Under the pieces are notes generated by a model. It was not told where the DNA came from. It saw only the letters and a list, made by a program, of their open reading frames with translations, and did no database searches. A DNA stretch of 64,000 nucleotides from Candidatus Multivoradales bacterium (GTDB lineage Bacteria > Acidobacteriota > Thermoanaerobaculia > Multivoradales > Multivoraceae): positions 992,001-1,056,000 of the forward strand of contig CBDCWI010000001.1 in NCBI GenBank assembly GCA_965223325.1, written 5' to 3'. Below are positions 1 to 10,800 of this stretch, in pieces; positions within the stretch are counted from its first letter, which is position 1, and every line of letters begins with the position of its first letter. Position numbers and translations under genes: made by a program.

Positions 1-148
1 CTTCTTCTGGACGATCGACGTCGAAAGCGACGATGGGATCGAAAACAATCGAGGCATTGGCCCGCTGGAGCTCCTCTGCCGCGCTCGGAGTAAGAGGCAG
101 CAGAACGAGTACCGTCAGGCCAAGAGTCAGAGGCAGCAGATCTTTCAT
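1..148 (-). CDS. Secreted hypothetical protein, 5' part only (runs off window start)
   Basis: Not in ORF track. Manual translation MKDLLPLTLGLTVLVLLPLTPSAAEELQRANASIVFDPIVAFDVDRPEE..., signal-peptide-like N-terminus, GGAG RBS upstream of ATG at 148. Confidence 0.65.
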   Translation of the reverse strand, partial: MKDLLPLTLGLTVLVLLPLTPSAAEELQRANASIVFDPIVAFDVDRPEE

Positions 149-341
149 TGTTCGAATCTCCGGACGGCCAGCCGGCAAGGGGCCGGTGACCGTCGGAACC
201 AGAAAGGGGAAGAGCCAGAACTGGCGGAAGGAGCCGAGGAAGCGGGAAGAAGCCCGATGGCTCGCGACCGAGTCTAGCCAAGCCCGCCGGCGAAACAAAA
301 CCGAGAGGCTCTCGGCAGGCGCTCGGGCAACCGTGCAGCCC

Positions 342-1394
342 CTAGGGCGTCACGACGCGCAGGCGCGGCGGCGTGCTCTCACCAAGACCAACCATCAACT
401 GCGTTTTACCCCCAGGGAACACGTCGAGCGCAGCGGACAGCTCGTCCTCGAGACCGAGCACGACGGTGTAGCGACCCGACGGCAGCGCAACGACCTGGCC
501 GACGTTCCCTCGCGCGACCAGTTCTCCGGCAGGAGAGCGAACGTCAAAACCCAGCGCCGCCAGTTCAATGCGCAGCATGCCGCGCTCGACGTCGCTTGCA
601 CTGGCCGGTAGCTCGAGCTGGCCGCGCCCGGCGTTGACTGCGTCGCGCAGCATGCGCTCGATCTGCGCGGCGCGCTCGGGGTCACGCCGACCATGACGGT
701 CGACTCCGATCCCCGGCGCAATCACGTGCAACCGGATGCCGTCGCGACCTACCTCGCGCGCCACCTCGTCGAACCGACCTTCGCACTCATCGAGCCCGTC
801 AGTCACCACCACGATCCGCCGGTCTCCCTCGAGGTTGCTCAAGGCCTCGCGAGCCTTCTGGACGGCGTCGGCGAGTGGAGTGTCGCCGCGGTGAGTGCTC
901 CGTACGATGCTCCTGATCCAGGCCGAAACGGCCGCGTCGTCGTTCTGATCGGGGGCTACGAGGACTTCGATGTCCAGGCAGGACTCACGTCGCCGCGCAG
1001 TTCCTTCTCCACCGGTCGGCTTGCGGTGACCGAAGGCGACCAGGCCCTGACGGTCCTTGGCTGCGGTGCGTTCGAGATAGCGCCGCAATCCGTCGCGGGC
1101 AGGTTCGAAACGCGGCTCGGGCTGCCCCTCCCCGACTGGATTCGCCATGCTCATCGAAGCGTCGTAGACCACCAGCGTGGTTTGCGGCCGTCGCCAACGA
1201 AGGAGGTCTCCCAGCAGGACGTCGTCTGGTTCACCGGCACCCTGGCCCAACCGAAACGCGAGCACCTCGAGAGTGCCGGGTGCTGCCGGCACCGGTGGTG
1301 GAACATCGGTCGAGGCGCAGCCCAGCACCATGGCGAGTCCAACGAGGGCTACGCTCCGGAAGGGGGCGAGCTTCACACTCTTAGCGACGGTCAC
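342..1394 (-). CDS. von Willebrand factor A (VWA) domain lipoprotein
   Basis: Lipobox VLGC; MIDAS motif VVYDASMSM, GDTPLA, IVVVTDG; GTG start overlaps the stop of the upstream gene. Confidence 0.8.
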   Translation of the reverse strand: MTVAKSVKLAPFRSVALVGLAMVLGCASTDVPPPVPAAPGTLEVLAFRLGQGAGEPDDVLLGDLLRWRRPQTTLVVYDASMSMANPVGEGQPEPRFEPARDGLRRYLERTAAKDRQGLVAFGHRKPTGGEGTARRRESCLDIEVLVAPDQNDDAAVSAWIRSIVRSTHRGDTPLADAVQKAREALSNLEGDRRIVVVTDGLDECEGRFDEVAREVGRDGIRLHVIAPGIGVDRHGRRDPERAAQIERMLRDAVNAGRGQLELPASASDVERGMLRIELAALGFDVRSPAGELVARGNVGQVVALPSGRYTVVLGLEDELSAALDVFPGGKTQLMVGLGESTPPRLRVVTP

Positions 1395-2245
1395 GGCGTA
1401 CTCCCTCTTGGGGTGCGAGCGGCCTCGACCATCTCGACGATCGCCGGCGCCAGGTCATCAGGAACGGCGATCTCCTCGTCGAAGTCGAGCGCCAGCCCGA
1501 TCGACTCGGCCGCCGCGGCGAGAGCACCCTCGGCATGCTGGCACGCTCCCAGGGTCAAGTAGGCACGCGCGGTCTGAGCGGCCGATAGCCAACGGTCACC
1601 AACCAGCGCAGCCACCGCCGGCACGACTGTCGCGCACTCTCCGCTGGCGCGCAAACGGTCGTAGTCGCGCAAGCGAACCTCGAGGTCAGCCTTATAGGCC
1701 TCCTCGACCGTATGGCGCAACGCCTCGCTCGTGCCGTCGCCACAGTCGACGGTACGCAACTGGTTAGCAGCCGCGAGGGCGTCATGAAAGGCGCCGCGCT
1801 CGAGGTGATCGGTAGCAGCACGTTCGAGATCGCGACGCTCCGGCGCGAGTGTCTCGCGCAGCAGGCTGAGCTGGCGCTTCGCCTCGGCATCGTCAGGATC
1901 GAGCACCACCAACCGTGCCCAGGCTTCGCATGCCACGCCAGGTTGCTCGACGAAGAAGCGAAGGCCGCGTTCGATGAGACGCTCGCGCTCCTCCTCGCGC
2001 TGCACTTCGGCCAACGTCAAGAGCACAGTGAGTGCCGTCTGGTCGGGATGCTCTTTGATTCCTGCCTCTAGAACGCCGATCGCCTCGGCGAAACGACCTT
2101 CCTGAATCAGTCGATTCGCCTGGGCGGCAACGTCGGTGTTTTCCTGAGGCAACCCAAGAGCCGGTGCGGCCGCAAGAAGGAGCAGCGCGATCAAGAGCAG
2201 TCCAACGGTCGATGGCTGGCAAGAGCGATGTCGCAAACGCCACAT
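1391..2245 (-). CDS. Secreted TPR-like alpha-helical repeat protein
   Basis: Signal peptide (LLLIALLLLAAAPALG); TPR-like segments (EGRFAEAIGVLEAGIKEHPDQ, AYLTLGACQHAEG); GAGG RBS; coupled to the VWA gene. Confidence 0.65.
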   Translation of the reverse strand: MWRLRHRSCQPSTVGLLLIALLLLAAAPALGLPQENTDVAAQANRLIQEGRFAEAIGVLEAGIKEHPDQTALTVLLTLAEVQREEERERLIERGLRFFVEQPGVACEAWARLVVLDPDDAEAKRQLSLLRETLAPERRDLERAATDHLERGAFHDALAAANQLRTVDCGDGTSEALRHTVEEAYKADLEVRLRDYDRLRASGECATVVPAVAALVGDRWLSAAQTARAYLTLGACQHAEGALAAAAESIGLALDFDEEIAVPDDLAPAIVEMVEAARTPRGSTP

Positions 2246-2364
2246 CTGAAGGTCCTCACCGTCACCTGGTCCGAGGCCAAGACGACGGATTCCTGTGGGG
2301 CAATTCGATCGTCATGAGAGACACGAGTGGTGTTTAGTCTACGCGATCGCCTGCCCTCTCCAGG

Positions 2365-3627
2365 CTAGCGACACTCTTCGCTCAAGACCTCTCCCTCGAT
2401 CACCACGCCACAGACCTGGGTGGTGTACTCAAACGGATCGCCCGTAAACAGCGCCAGGTCACCGTCCATTCCGACGGCGAGCGAGCCAACGCGATCGTCG
2501 ATGCCCAACAACCGCGCCGCGTCACTTGTAACCGCCGCGAGCGCCTCGCTGGCACTCAAGCCGTGCGCGGCATAGTGCGCAACTTCGAAGATCAGAACGC
2601 GCGTCTTGGGCACGTACCCTTCGTGGCCCGTTTGCACGGCGAAGGGAATCCCGGCGTCAAGCAGGATTTTCGCAATCGTGAGCGTTTTGTTCTGGATGCG
2701 AGCGCGGGGCGGGTGGAGAAAGATCGGAACGCCGGCGGCTTTGATCTCGTCGAGTAGAAGGTAGGCCTCAGCCGCCCCGTCGAGAACCATCTCGAAGCCG
2801 AACTCTCGCTGCAGGCGCAGCGCCGCAGCGATGTCGACGGCGGAGTTCGCATTCACCATCAGAGTGATCTCACCTGCCAGCACCGAAGCCAGGGTTTCCT
2901 TCTGCAGATTGCGCTCGGGAGTCGGGGACGGCTTGCCCTCGGCCTCGTCTTCATCACCGTCGCCCTCTGGCGCGTCGAACTTCTCGGCATAGGCCTGGGC
3001 ACCGATCAAGGCATCGCGCAGCATGGCGACGCCCTTGGCCCTGGTGCCCGGCTTCTTGAACGCCGAGTTCAGGTTGCCCAGGGTGACGGCGATCATCTTG
3101 CCGGGGGCGATGAGCGCCTCGTCGACCGTGCTGCCCCTGGTCTTGGCGATCATCGTCTGGCCAGACATGAGCGCGCCCGGACCGTGACCCGTGTGGACGG
3201 TGGTGACACCAAAGGAGCGGGCATATTCGATGAGCTCCTCGCGCGCGTTGTAGGCGTCGAGCGCGCGCAGTTCTGGCTGCAGCGGGCTCGATGTCTCGAG
3301 TTGATCCTGGTCGCGCACCGGACCGACGTTGCTGTTGTAGGCACCCGAGAGACCGAGGGTCGAACGCACGTCGATCAGACCGGGCGTGACCACTGCGGCT
3401 TCGAGAACCCGCAAGCCGTCAGGAATGCGCGTGCTGGCCGACGGCCCCATGGCGGTGATCTTGCCGCCTTCGATGACCACCACCGCATCTTCGAGGGGCG
3501 CGCCCGTCTGGGTGTGCAGAAGTTCGGCTTTGACCGCGACTTGCGCCGCCGCCAGGGAGCTCACCACCATCATCGGTAGCAGCGCGACGCAGAAGCGGGT
3601 GACGTACCTTCTTTCGGTGGACTTCAT
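2365..3627 (-). CDS. Secreted amidohydrolase-family protein, degenerate metal site
   Basis: Amidohydrolase motifs VTPGLID, GIDDRVGSLAVGMDGDLALF; start reassigned to ATG 3627 (GGAGG RBS, ATGA overlap); usual HxH replaced by VRS. Confidence 0.85.
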   Translation of the reverse strand: MKSTERRYVTRFCVALLPMMVVSSLAAAQVAVKAELLHTQTGAPLEDAVVVIEGGKITAMGPSASTRIPDGLRVLEAAVVTPGLIDVRSTLGLSGAYNSNVGPVRDQDQLETSSPLQPELRALDAYNAREELIEYARSFGVTTVHTGHGPGALMSGQTMIAKTRGSTVDEALIAPGKMIAVTLGNLNSAFKKPGTRAKGVAMLRDALIGAQAYAEKFDAPEGDGDEDEAEGKPSPTPERNLQKETLASVLAGEITLMVNANSAVDIAAALRLQREFGFEMVLDGAAEAYLLLDEIKAAGVPIFLHPPRARIQNKTLTIAKILLDAGIPFAVQTGHEGYVPKTRVLIFEVAHYAAHGLSASEALAAVTSDAARLLGIDDRVGSLAVGMDGDLALFTGDPFEYTTQVCGVVIEGEVLSEECR

Positions 3628-4973
3628 CGCCGGCCTCCCCCGAGGTTCCATTCCTGTTCTAGATGAACATGGGCTCCTCTACCGCGGTAGACGTTGTAGC
3701 CCCCGAGGGCGTACTCGAGATGCTCGGGATTCGCACGGTCGAAGACGCGCTCGCCCTCGACCCAGGTCTCGAGTACTTTGGTGTACACGCTCAGTGGGTC
3801 GCCCGACAACACGACCAGATCAGCATCTTTGCCCTCCTCGAGCGAGCCGACGCGATCGTCGAGGCCAAGCTGACGGGCTGGCGCCAGGGTGAGACCCTCG
3901 AGTGCCTTCTCGCGCGACATTCCGTAGCGCACCGAAATCGCAGCGCCGCGCCACAGGAAGCGCGAGTCGGTCACTCCATCGTCGGTGTTGAAGCTCACGT
4001 CGACCCCGGCCTCTTCGAGAATCGCACCGCTGGCCAGGTTCCAACCGAGGGCCTCTTCTTTGCCACCGAAGGCGTCGATGAAGGTGAGCGACACGGCGAC
4101 TCCAGCGGCGGCGATCTCATCCGCCACCTTCCATGCCTCGCTACCGTGCTGAATCACGGGCTCGAAGCCAAACTCCTCTCCAAGACGCAGCAGAGTCATG
4201 ATGTCGTTGTGGCGGTGGCTGTGGAACTGAACGATGCGTTTGCCATCGAGGATCTCCACTAACGCCTCCATCTCCAGGCTACGCGGCGGCGGCTTCGACG
4301 ACGGCAGGTCTTCGACGAGTTTCTCCCGATACTCCTGTGCCTTGACGTACTTCTGGCGGACGAGGGCTGCGCTCTTGCCCCGGGTGCCGGGCGCGGGCGG
4401 CGTGTTGCCGATGGAGTTCGTTCCATTGGCCATCTTCATCGAGCCGCAGATGTCGGTAATCGGGTTCTCACAGAAGAGCCAGTCTTCGACGGTGCGCGCG
4501 TTCTTGCGCAGTTTTAGATGCACCGTTTGCCCACTCATCAGGAGGCCCGAGCCCGGCATCACGTTGAGGGTCGTCAAACCGCCAGCGCGGGCCCGCCAGA
4601 AGCCATCGCTCCTCACGTCGATCGCATCGAGTGCGCGGGTCTCGGCGTGAATCGGAGCCGAACGGTCTCCGCCAGATGGTCCACCGACATGCGAGTGGGT
4701 GTCGACGAGGCCGGGCATGATGAGCTTGCCTGTTGCGTCGATGGTTTCCGCACCGCGTGGAATGCGCGTCGACGGTCCGCCGACCGCGGTGATCTTGCCG
4801 CGGTGAATGACAACCACTCCTTCATCGATCGGTGGCGCCGAGATCGGTAGAACCCGCGCACCGGTGAAGGCAATCGGTGAATCCTGAGCTGCGACTGGTG
4901 GCGCGAGGAAGACGAACAGTAGAGCGGCCAGTCCGCCGACGATCAGGAACGGAACGGCAACGCGTTTCTTCAA
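3624..4973 (-). CDS. Secreted amidohydrolase-family protein, intact HxH metal site
   Basis: MPGLVDTHSH, FHSHRHND, NTDD, RVGSLEEGKDADLVV; start reassigned to TTG 4973 behind AGGAG RBS, followed by a signal peptide. Confidence 0.85.
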   Translation of the reverse strand: MKKRVAVPFLIVGGLAALLFVFLAPPVAAQDSPIAFTGARVLPISAPPIDEGVVVIHRGKITAVGGPSTRIPRGAETIDATGKLIMPGLVDTHSHVGGPSGGDRSAPIHAETRALDAIDVRSDGFWRARAGGLTTLNVMPGSGLLMSGQTVHLKLRKNARTVEDWLFCENPITDICGSMKMANGTNSIGNTPPAPGTRGKSAALVRQKYVKAQEYREKLVEDLPSSKPPPRSLEMEALVEILDGKRIVQFHSHRHNDIMTLLRLGEEFGFEPVIQHGSEAWKVADEIAAAGVAVSLTFIDAFGGKEEALGWNLASGAILEEAGVDVSFNTDDGVTDSRFLWRGAAISVRYGMSREKALEGLTLAPARQLGLDDRVGSLEEGKDADLVVLSGDPLSVYTKVLETWVEGERVFDRANPEHLEYALGGYNVYRGRGAHVHLEQEWNLGGGRR

Positions 4974-5019
4974 GACTATTCTCCTGTGGTACGAAATCGG
5001 GACTAACTTAGCGCATGCC

Positions 5020-5442
5020 TCATGACAGCCGATGCACCATCGCGTGGTCGGCGACCAGCTGCAGGAGATCCCAGCGGTTGCCGTAGAGATCTTCGAAGAC
5101 CGCCACCGTGCCGTAGTCCTGCTCGACGGGTTCGCGAACGAACGTGACCCCACGCTCCAAGAGGAGCTTGTAGTCGCGCCAGAAGTCGTCGGTGTTGAGG
5201 AAAAGAAAAACACGACCGCCAGACTGGTTCCCAACGAAGGGCTCCTGCTCGGGGTTCGAGGCACGCGACAGCAGAAGCGTCGTACCGCGCGAACCCGGTG
5301 GGGCGACCACCACCCAACGTTTGTCTTGCGCTGGTTGGTAGGTGTCTTCGATCAGCTCGAAGCCGAGCTTGCCGGTGTAGAACTCGATGGCCTCGTCGTA
5401 GTCGCGCACGACAAGCGCCACGTGAACGATCTCTTGCCTCAC
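5020..5442 (-). CDS. VOC/glyoxalase/bleomycin-resistance family protein
   Basis: HVALVVRDYDEAIEFY ... YGTVAVFEDLYGNRWDL. Confidence 0.9.
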   Translation of the reverse strand: MRQEIVHVALVVRDYDEAIEFYTGKLGFELIEDTYQPAQDKRWVVVAPPGSRGTTLLLSRASNPEQEPFVGNQSGGRVFLFLNTDDFWRDYKLLLERGVTFVREPVEQDYGTVAVFEDLYGNRWDLLQLVADHAMVHRLS

Positions 5443-5512
5443 GTAAGCCTGACCCTCTATTCATGAATGGAAAGAGTCGCAGGCTAGCAGGGACCGAGCC
5501 CTTGACAGCCGA

Positions 5513-6790
5513 TCAACCTGAAACTCCGAACAGACCTCTGAGATAGGGGTTGAGCATCTTGTTCTCCGGATCGCATTGACGCCGTAGCTCGAGAAAATCC
5601 GGCCAGCGCGAATAGAGCGCCTGGAGCTCGGTAGCCCCCAGGGAGTGAATCTTCCCCCAGTGCGGGCGTCCGCCGTACTCGCGCAGGATCGGCTCGGCGA
5701 CTTCGAAGACCGGTCGATGGTCGAGCGCGGCGTCTTGATGAACGGCGATCACGGCAGAGTCACGTTGGTAGAAGGGGCTCAGCCAGAGATCGTCCGCTTT
5801 GACGGTGCGAAACTCAATCGGGAACAGTACCGGCAGGTCAGCCTGCTCGATCGCAGCCAGGACAGCCTGCAGGCATGCGGCGCCGGACTCTACCGGCACG
5901 GCGTACTCCATCTCGTTGAAGAGATCACTGCGCTCGGAAGGGAAGATCTCGTGGGCAGGACCCAGGTCTTCGGTAGGAGTGGTGCGCAAGAGCGCCCGAG
6001 CAAACGCCTCGCGAGCAGCTCCAGGATCGGAGCGGTTGAGCTCGAGAAGCCTGGCGAATCCACCGCCCGAGGAGTCGGCGGCGCGAACGGTCTCGCCGCG
6101 GTCTGGATCGTAGGGCTCGCGGGAGAGTGTCTTGGCGAGCACCAGGCCGAGGAACGGGAAGGCGAAGAACTCGAAGTGGCGATGCTGATCGCACAGCGCC
6201 GGCCACCCAGCGAGCAGCTCGTCGGTCTCCTCGACCCAGACTCGTTCGCGCAGGTTGTAGCGCGCGTCACACTGCAGCTCGATCTCGGTCACCACACCGA
6301 GGGCGCCCAGAGAAACGACGGCACCACGAAGAGCATCGAGATCGGCTGAATCTCCGAACCGTCGCAGCGTTCCATCGGGCAGAGCGATCTCGAGCCCGGT
6401 CACAGTGCTTGCGATGCAGCCGAGCCCTTGCCCTGTCCCATGGGTCGCCGTTGCCAGCGCCCCTGCTAATGCCTGGCAGTCGATGTCACCCTGGTTGGCA
6501 AGCGCCAGGCCGTCCTTCGCGAGGGCCGGACCGAGGTCGTGAATCGTCGTTCCTCCTGCAACCTGCGCTCGGCGCGTCGACTTGTCGACACCGATCACGC
6601 CCGACATCTTCTCGAGGCTGATCAGGGTGGCGCCTGTCGGAACGAGTCTGCTGAACGAGTGCCCGCTCCCAGCCACGCGCACATTCGAAGCGCCGGCGAG
6701 CGCACCCTGGAGGGAGGAAACATCGGGCGGGGTGAGAAACGCCGCGGGTTCACAGTCGACGTTCCCGGACCAGTTCTTCCAGTGACTCAT
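5513..6790 (-). CDS. FAD-linked oxidoreductase, D-arabinono-1,4-lactone oxidase (ALO) family
   Basis: WKNWSG start, GSGHSF FAD-binding motif, ATHGTG, FNEMEY, GGRPHWGK; ATG 6790 with GGGAG RBS. Confidence 0.9.
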   Translation of the reverse strand: MSHWKNWSGNVDCEPAAFLTPPDVSSLQGALAGASNVRVAGSGHSFSRLVPTGATLISLEKMSGVIGVDKSTRRAQVAGGTTIHDLGPALAKDGLALANQGDIDCQALAGALATATHGTGQGLGCIASTVTGLEIALPDGTLRRFGDSADLDALRGAVVSLGALGVVTEIELQCDARYNLRERVWVEETDELLAGWPALCDQHRHFEFFAFPFLGLVLAKTLSREPYDPDRGETVRAADSSGGGFARLLELNRSDPGAAREAFARALLRTTPTEDLGPAHEIFPSERSDLFNEMEYAVPVESGAACLQAVLAAIEQADLPVLFPIEFRTVKADDLWLSPFYQRDSAVIAVHQDAALDHRPVFEVAEPILREYGGRPHWGKIHSLGATELQALYSRWPDFLELRRQCDPENKMLNPYLRGLFGVSG

Positions 6791-7012
6791 CGGTGCTCCC
6801 TCGATACTCGAGTAGTCACAGTACAACGCTGCTCCTCGTTCTCGCCCCAGTCCCGCGATCAGAACCGCGCCCCTCACCGCCATGGAGTCTCTGTGCACCG
6901 GAGACCCTTGGGTTCTGAACGCAGAACGGCCCCACACCAGAAGGGCGGGGCCGCTCGCTACCGAGATCGACTCGCCGCACAGGCGGACTCGATCTCGAAA
7001 CCTCGGTCCTGA

Positions 7013-7435
7013 TCAGTGAATCTCGATCTGCCGACTGCGCGCCTTCTCGGCCTTCGGCAGCTCGACCGTCAGCACGCCGTTCTCGAACGTCGCCTTGACC
7101 GCCTCAGAGTCCACCGACGTGGGCAAGTGGAAGGTACGACTGAAGGAGCCGTAGGTGCGCTCGATGCGATCGAACTGCGGGCCGTCCTCGCGCGCTTCGA
7201 ACTTGCGTTCGCCCGAGAGAGTGAGGGTGTCGTTCTCGAGGGCCAGGTGAATGTCATCGCGGGTCATGCCCGGAAGGTCGACCTGGACGAAGAAGGCTTC
7301 CTCGGTGCGGCTGAGATCGACGCGCGGCGAGAAGTCCGAAGTGTTACCGCCGCGGCGCGTCGCCTCGTCGAAGAAGGACTCGATGAGACCGGTGAAGGGA
7401 TGGTCATTGCGACGGCTCAAAGACTTGGTGTTCAT
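7013..7435 (-). CDS. Hsp20/alpha-crystallin small heat-shock protein
   Basis: PRVDL, DLPG, ERTYGSFSRTFHLP, ATFENGVLTVELPK; AGGAG RBS. Confidence 0.95.
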   Translation of the reverse strand: MNTKSLSRRNDHPFTGLIESFFDEATRRGGNTSDFSPRVDLSRTEEAFFVQVDLPGMTRDDIHLALENDTLTLSGERKFEAREDGPQFDRIERTYGSFSRTFHLPTSVDSEAVKATFENGVLTVELPKAEKARSRQIEIH

Positions 7436-7534
7436 GCTTCTCTCCTTGGATGAGGGGCCCGGCAGGGGCCCGTTGGGTTGGTTGACTGGGAAAAAGCAGG
7501 CGCCGCTGGCGCCTCTTCCGACCTCTTCAACCTG

Positions 7535-7562
7535 ATTGTATACGACTCATATTCCATGTCAA
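7535..7562 (-). promoter_or_regulatory. Sigma-70-type promoter for hsp20
   Basis: Minus strand TTGACA-N16-TACAAT about 100 nt upstream of the hsp20 start. Confidence 0.7.
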
Positions 7563-7711
7563 GAAGAATCTGATGATCTTTTAGTCAGATTTGTCAAAGG
7601 GTCGGCAGGAGGAGTCCCTTCCTTTCTCTCGCTTCACTTCCTTTCGGCTTCGCACTGGGGGCGACACGCGGCCCGATCTCGAGAGAAGAACGACACGCTG
7701 TACGACCCCAT

Positions 7712-7740
7712 TTGCCACCCCATCGGATTGTTCGTATAAT
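7712..7740 (+). promoter_or_regulatory. Sigma-70-type promoter for the giant adhesin gene
   Basis: TTGCCA-N17-TATAAT ending 65 nt upstream of ATG 7806. Confidence 0.75.
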
Positions 7741-7805
7741 TTGATAGCTTGAAAATCGAGTTTTTCTATTTTCTCGGCAACAACTCTTTCTTTGTGAGGC
7801 TCCCC

Positions 7806-10800
7806 ATGAGCACCCATCGCCCGGCGGTTGTACCCCTTCTTGCGACCCTCTTCCTGTTCGCGCTCAGCGCACCGACCGCGGCGCAAGTCACCCTGCCCTG
7901 GAGTGAGAACTTCGACAGTACGACCAATGCGACGTACACCACGGCCTCGACCATCGTGGGGGCAACCAACTTCGCCTATGACCCCGGCGCCGCGGACAAC
8001 GGCCGTGTGCGAACTCGAGCGATCACAGGCAACGGCGGTTCGATCGGCTCGTTGGCCTTTGACACTTCGAGCGGAAGCGCCGACAACTTCGTCAACCTCA
8101 CCCTCGACCTGTCGTCCTACAACACCAGCCAGACCATCCTGCTCAACTACTACAACAACGACATCGGAGACGAGACCCACTCGCAGGACCAGGTCTGGGT
8201 TCGTGGCTCGAGCGTCGACTCATGGCTGCTGGTCGAGAGCTGGCAGAACCGCACTACCCATGTGTGGATTCCGCACAAGGACATCAACCTCACCTCGATC
8301 CTGGTTGCCGGCGGACAGAGCTTCAGTGCCACGACGGCCATCCGCTTCGGCCAGTACGACACCGTCGGCATTTCTGGCGACGGGCTTGGAATCGACGATG
8401 TCTGCGTTCGCGTCCAGGGTCAGAGTTGCCCGGGGACGACCTCCGGCACCGCGTCGATCGGTGACCGCATCTTCATCGACGCCAACGGCAACGGAATCGA
8501 CGACGGCGAGTCCGGCTACCCAAACGCCGAGGTCCTGCTCCGGGCCAGTACTTGCACTGGCGTCGTCCTCGATGTTGCGACCACCAACTCCACCGGCGCC
8601 TACGACTTCACCGGCCTCGCCGCGGGTACCTACTGCGTCGACGTCAGCGCCTCGACGATCAGCTACGTCTATACCCTGACCACCAGTAACGAACCGCTGA
8701 CCAAGACCCTCACTGCTGGAGAGGACTATAACGGTGCCGACTTCGGCTATCAGAATCAGACCGGCTCGATCGGCGACCGCATCTTCAACGACGCCAACGG
8801 CAACGGTACCGACGATAGTGAAGCCGGCATCAGTGGGGTCCAGCTCTACCTGCGGCAAAACAGTTGCTCCAACGGCCCGAGCTACCTTCGAACGACCAGT
8901 GCCACTGGCGCGTACGACTTCACAGGCATCGCGCCCGGCACCTGGTGCGTCGACGTTCTCGAAAACACCTTGCCCGCCGGCTACACGCTGACGACCGCCA
9001 ACGAACCGAAACTGGTCACCCTCCCCGCACTCGGCGACATCAACAACGTCGACTTCGGTTACCAGGCCCCGGCCCCGGTCCTACCCTTCTACGAAGACTT
9101 CGAAGCAACAAGTAGCGCGACCTACACTACGGCGGCGACGATTGTCGGCGCGACAGACTTCAGCTACGACCCGGCAACCGTCGATACCGGCCGCCTGCGC
9201 ACGCGGGCCATCGCCGGCCACGGCTCATCGACCGGTGTTCTCAGCATGGATGCCACCGGCGGCAACTCGGACAACTACGTCATTCTCGAGCTCGACCTCT
9301 CGGCGTACGCAGTGGCCTCCGACACTGTCGTTCTGGACTACTGGTTCATCGACCACCAGGACGAAACCCACGCCACCTACGACACGGTCTGGGTTCGCGG
9401 CAGCAACACCGACACCTGGATCGAGCTCAACTCCTGGCAAGGTGGCTCGGTCAATGTCTGGGTGCAGAAGACGTCCCTCGACATCACCGATGCACTGTGT
9501 AAGGGCCCGGCGCCGCTCCCCAGCTGCACCCCGTCGAGCCCGGTCCAGGATTTCAGCTCGACCTTCCAGATTCGCTGGGGACAGTACGACAACACAACCA
9601 TCGCCGGCACCGACGGGATGAGCTTCGACGACGTCTGCGTTCGCAAATCGACACAGACCTGCTCACCGCCACCGACCGGCACGGCCTCGATCGGCGATCG
9701 GGTTTACAACGACGTCAACGGCAACGGCGCGGATGACAGCGAGGCGGGTCTGAGCGGGGTCCAGGTACACCTGCGCTCCGGCAGCTGCGGAGGAGCCATT
9801 CTCTCCTCCAAGACCACCACCTCAACGGGCGCCTACGACTTCACCAGTCTGGCCGCGGGTACCTACTGCGTCGACGTCAACGCTGCAACGCTGCCCTCGG
9901 GCTACGTCCTCACCACCTCCAACGAGCCCTACCTGAAGACGCTGACAGCAGCCGAAGACCACAACGGCGCCGACTTCGGCTACCAACAACAGAACGCCTC
10001 GATCGGCGACCGGGTCTTCCACGACGTCAACAAGAACGGCACCGATGACAGCGAAGCCGGCCTTTCCGGCGTCACGGTCCAGCTGCGCTCGGGCAGCTGT
10101 TCCGGTTCGGTCGTAAGCACCAAGGTCACGACAAGTACTGGTGCCTACGATTTCACCGGCCTGGCGGCGGGTACCTACTGCGTGGATGTGACCGCGGGCG
10201 TGCCTGCGGGCTACTCCTTGACCACGAGCAACGAACCTCTCACCACGACGATCGCTGCCGGCCAGGACTACAACAGCGGCGACTTCGGCTACGCGCTGAG
10301 TACTGGTGTGACGCTGCCTTACATCGAAGACTTCGAAAGCACGACTAGCGCCACCTACACCACGGCCTCGACGATCGCTGGTGCCACCAAGTGGTCGTAC
10401 GACCCGGGAGCTGCCGACAACGGCCGACTGCGCACGCAGGCGCTGGCAGGCAACGGCGGCTCGACAGGTGCGCTCATCCTCGACACCTCGAGCGGCTATG
10501 CCGATGGGTTCGCGGTGCTGACCCTCGACCTGTCGTCCTACACCACCGCGCAGACGATTCTGATCGACTACTACATCAACGACATCGGCGATGAGACCCA
10601 CACCCAGGACAAGGTCCACGTACGCGGCTCGAGTTCCGATCCCTGGGTCGTGGTCGAGAACGCCTGGGCCAACAACTCCAACCACTACACCTGGATGCCG
10701 CACAAGAACCTCGACTTGAGTGCGATTCTGCTGGCGAACAGCCAGAACTTCTCCTCGACAACTGCCGTGCGCTGGGGACAGTACGACAACGCATCGACCA

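Noticed and set aside
33-611. 192-aa plus-strand ORF and the many other antisense ORFs
   Set aside because: They overlap better-supported genes on the opposite strand, are Arg-rich with no motifs, and are typical high-GC shadow ORFs.
5020-5442. VOC proteins (also 33685-34740) as the methylmalonyl-CoA epimerase missing from the mut operon
   Set aside because: They lack recognisable epimerase motifs, are unlinked to the mutase genes, and one is secreted.
7749-7805. N-terminal extensions in the ORF track (7749, also 5264, 6937, 35340, 34622, 37277, 52263, 62107)
   Set aside because: Downstream starts fit better (RBS, signal peptide or family N-terminus); the extensions overlap neighbouring genes or promoters.
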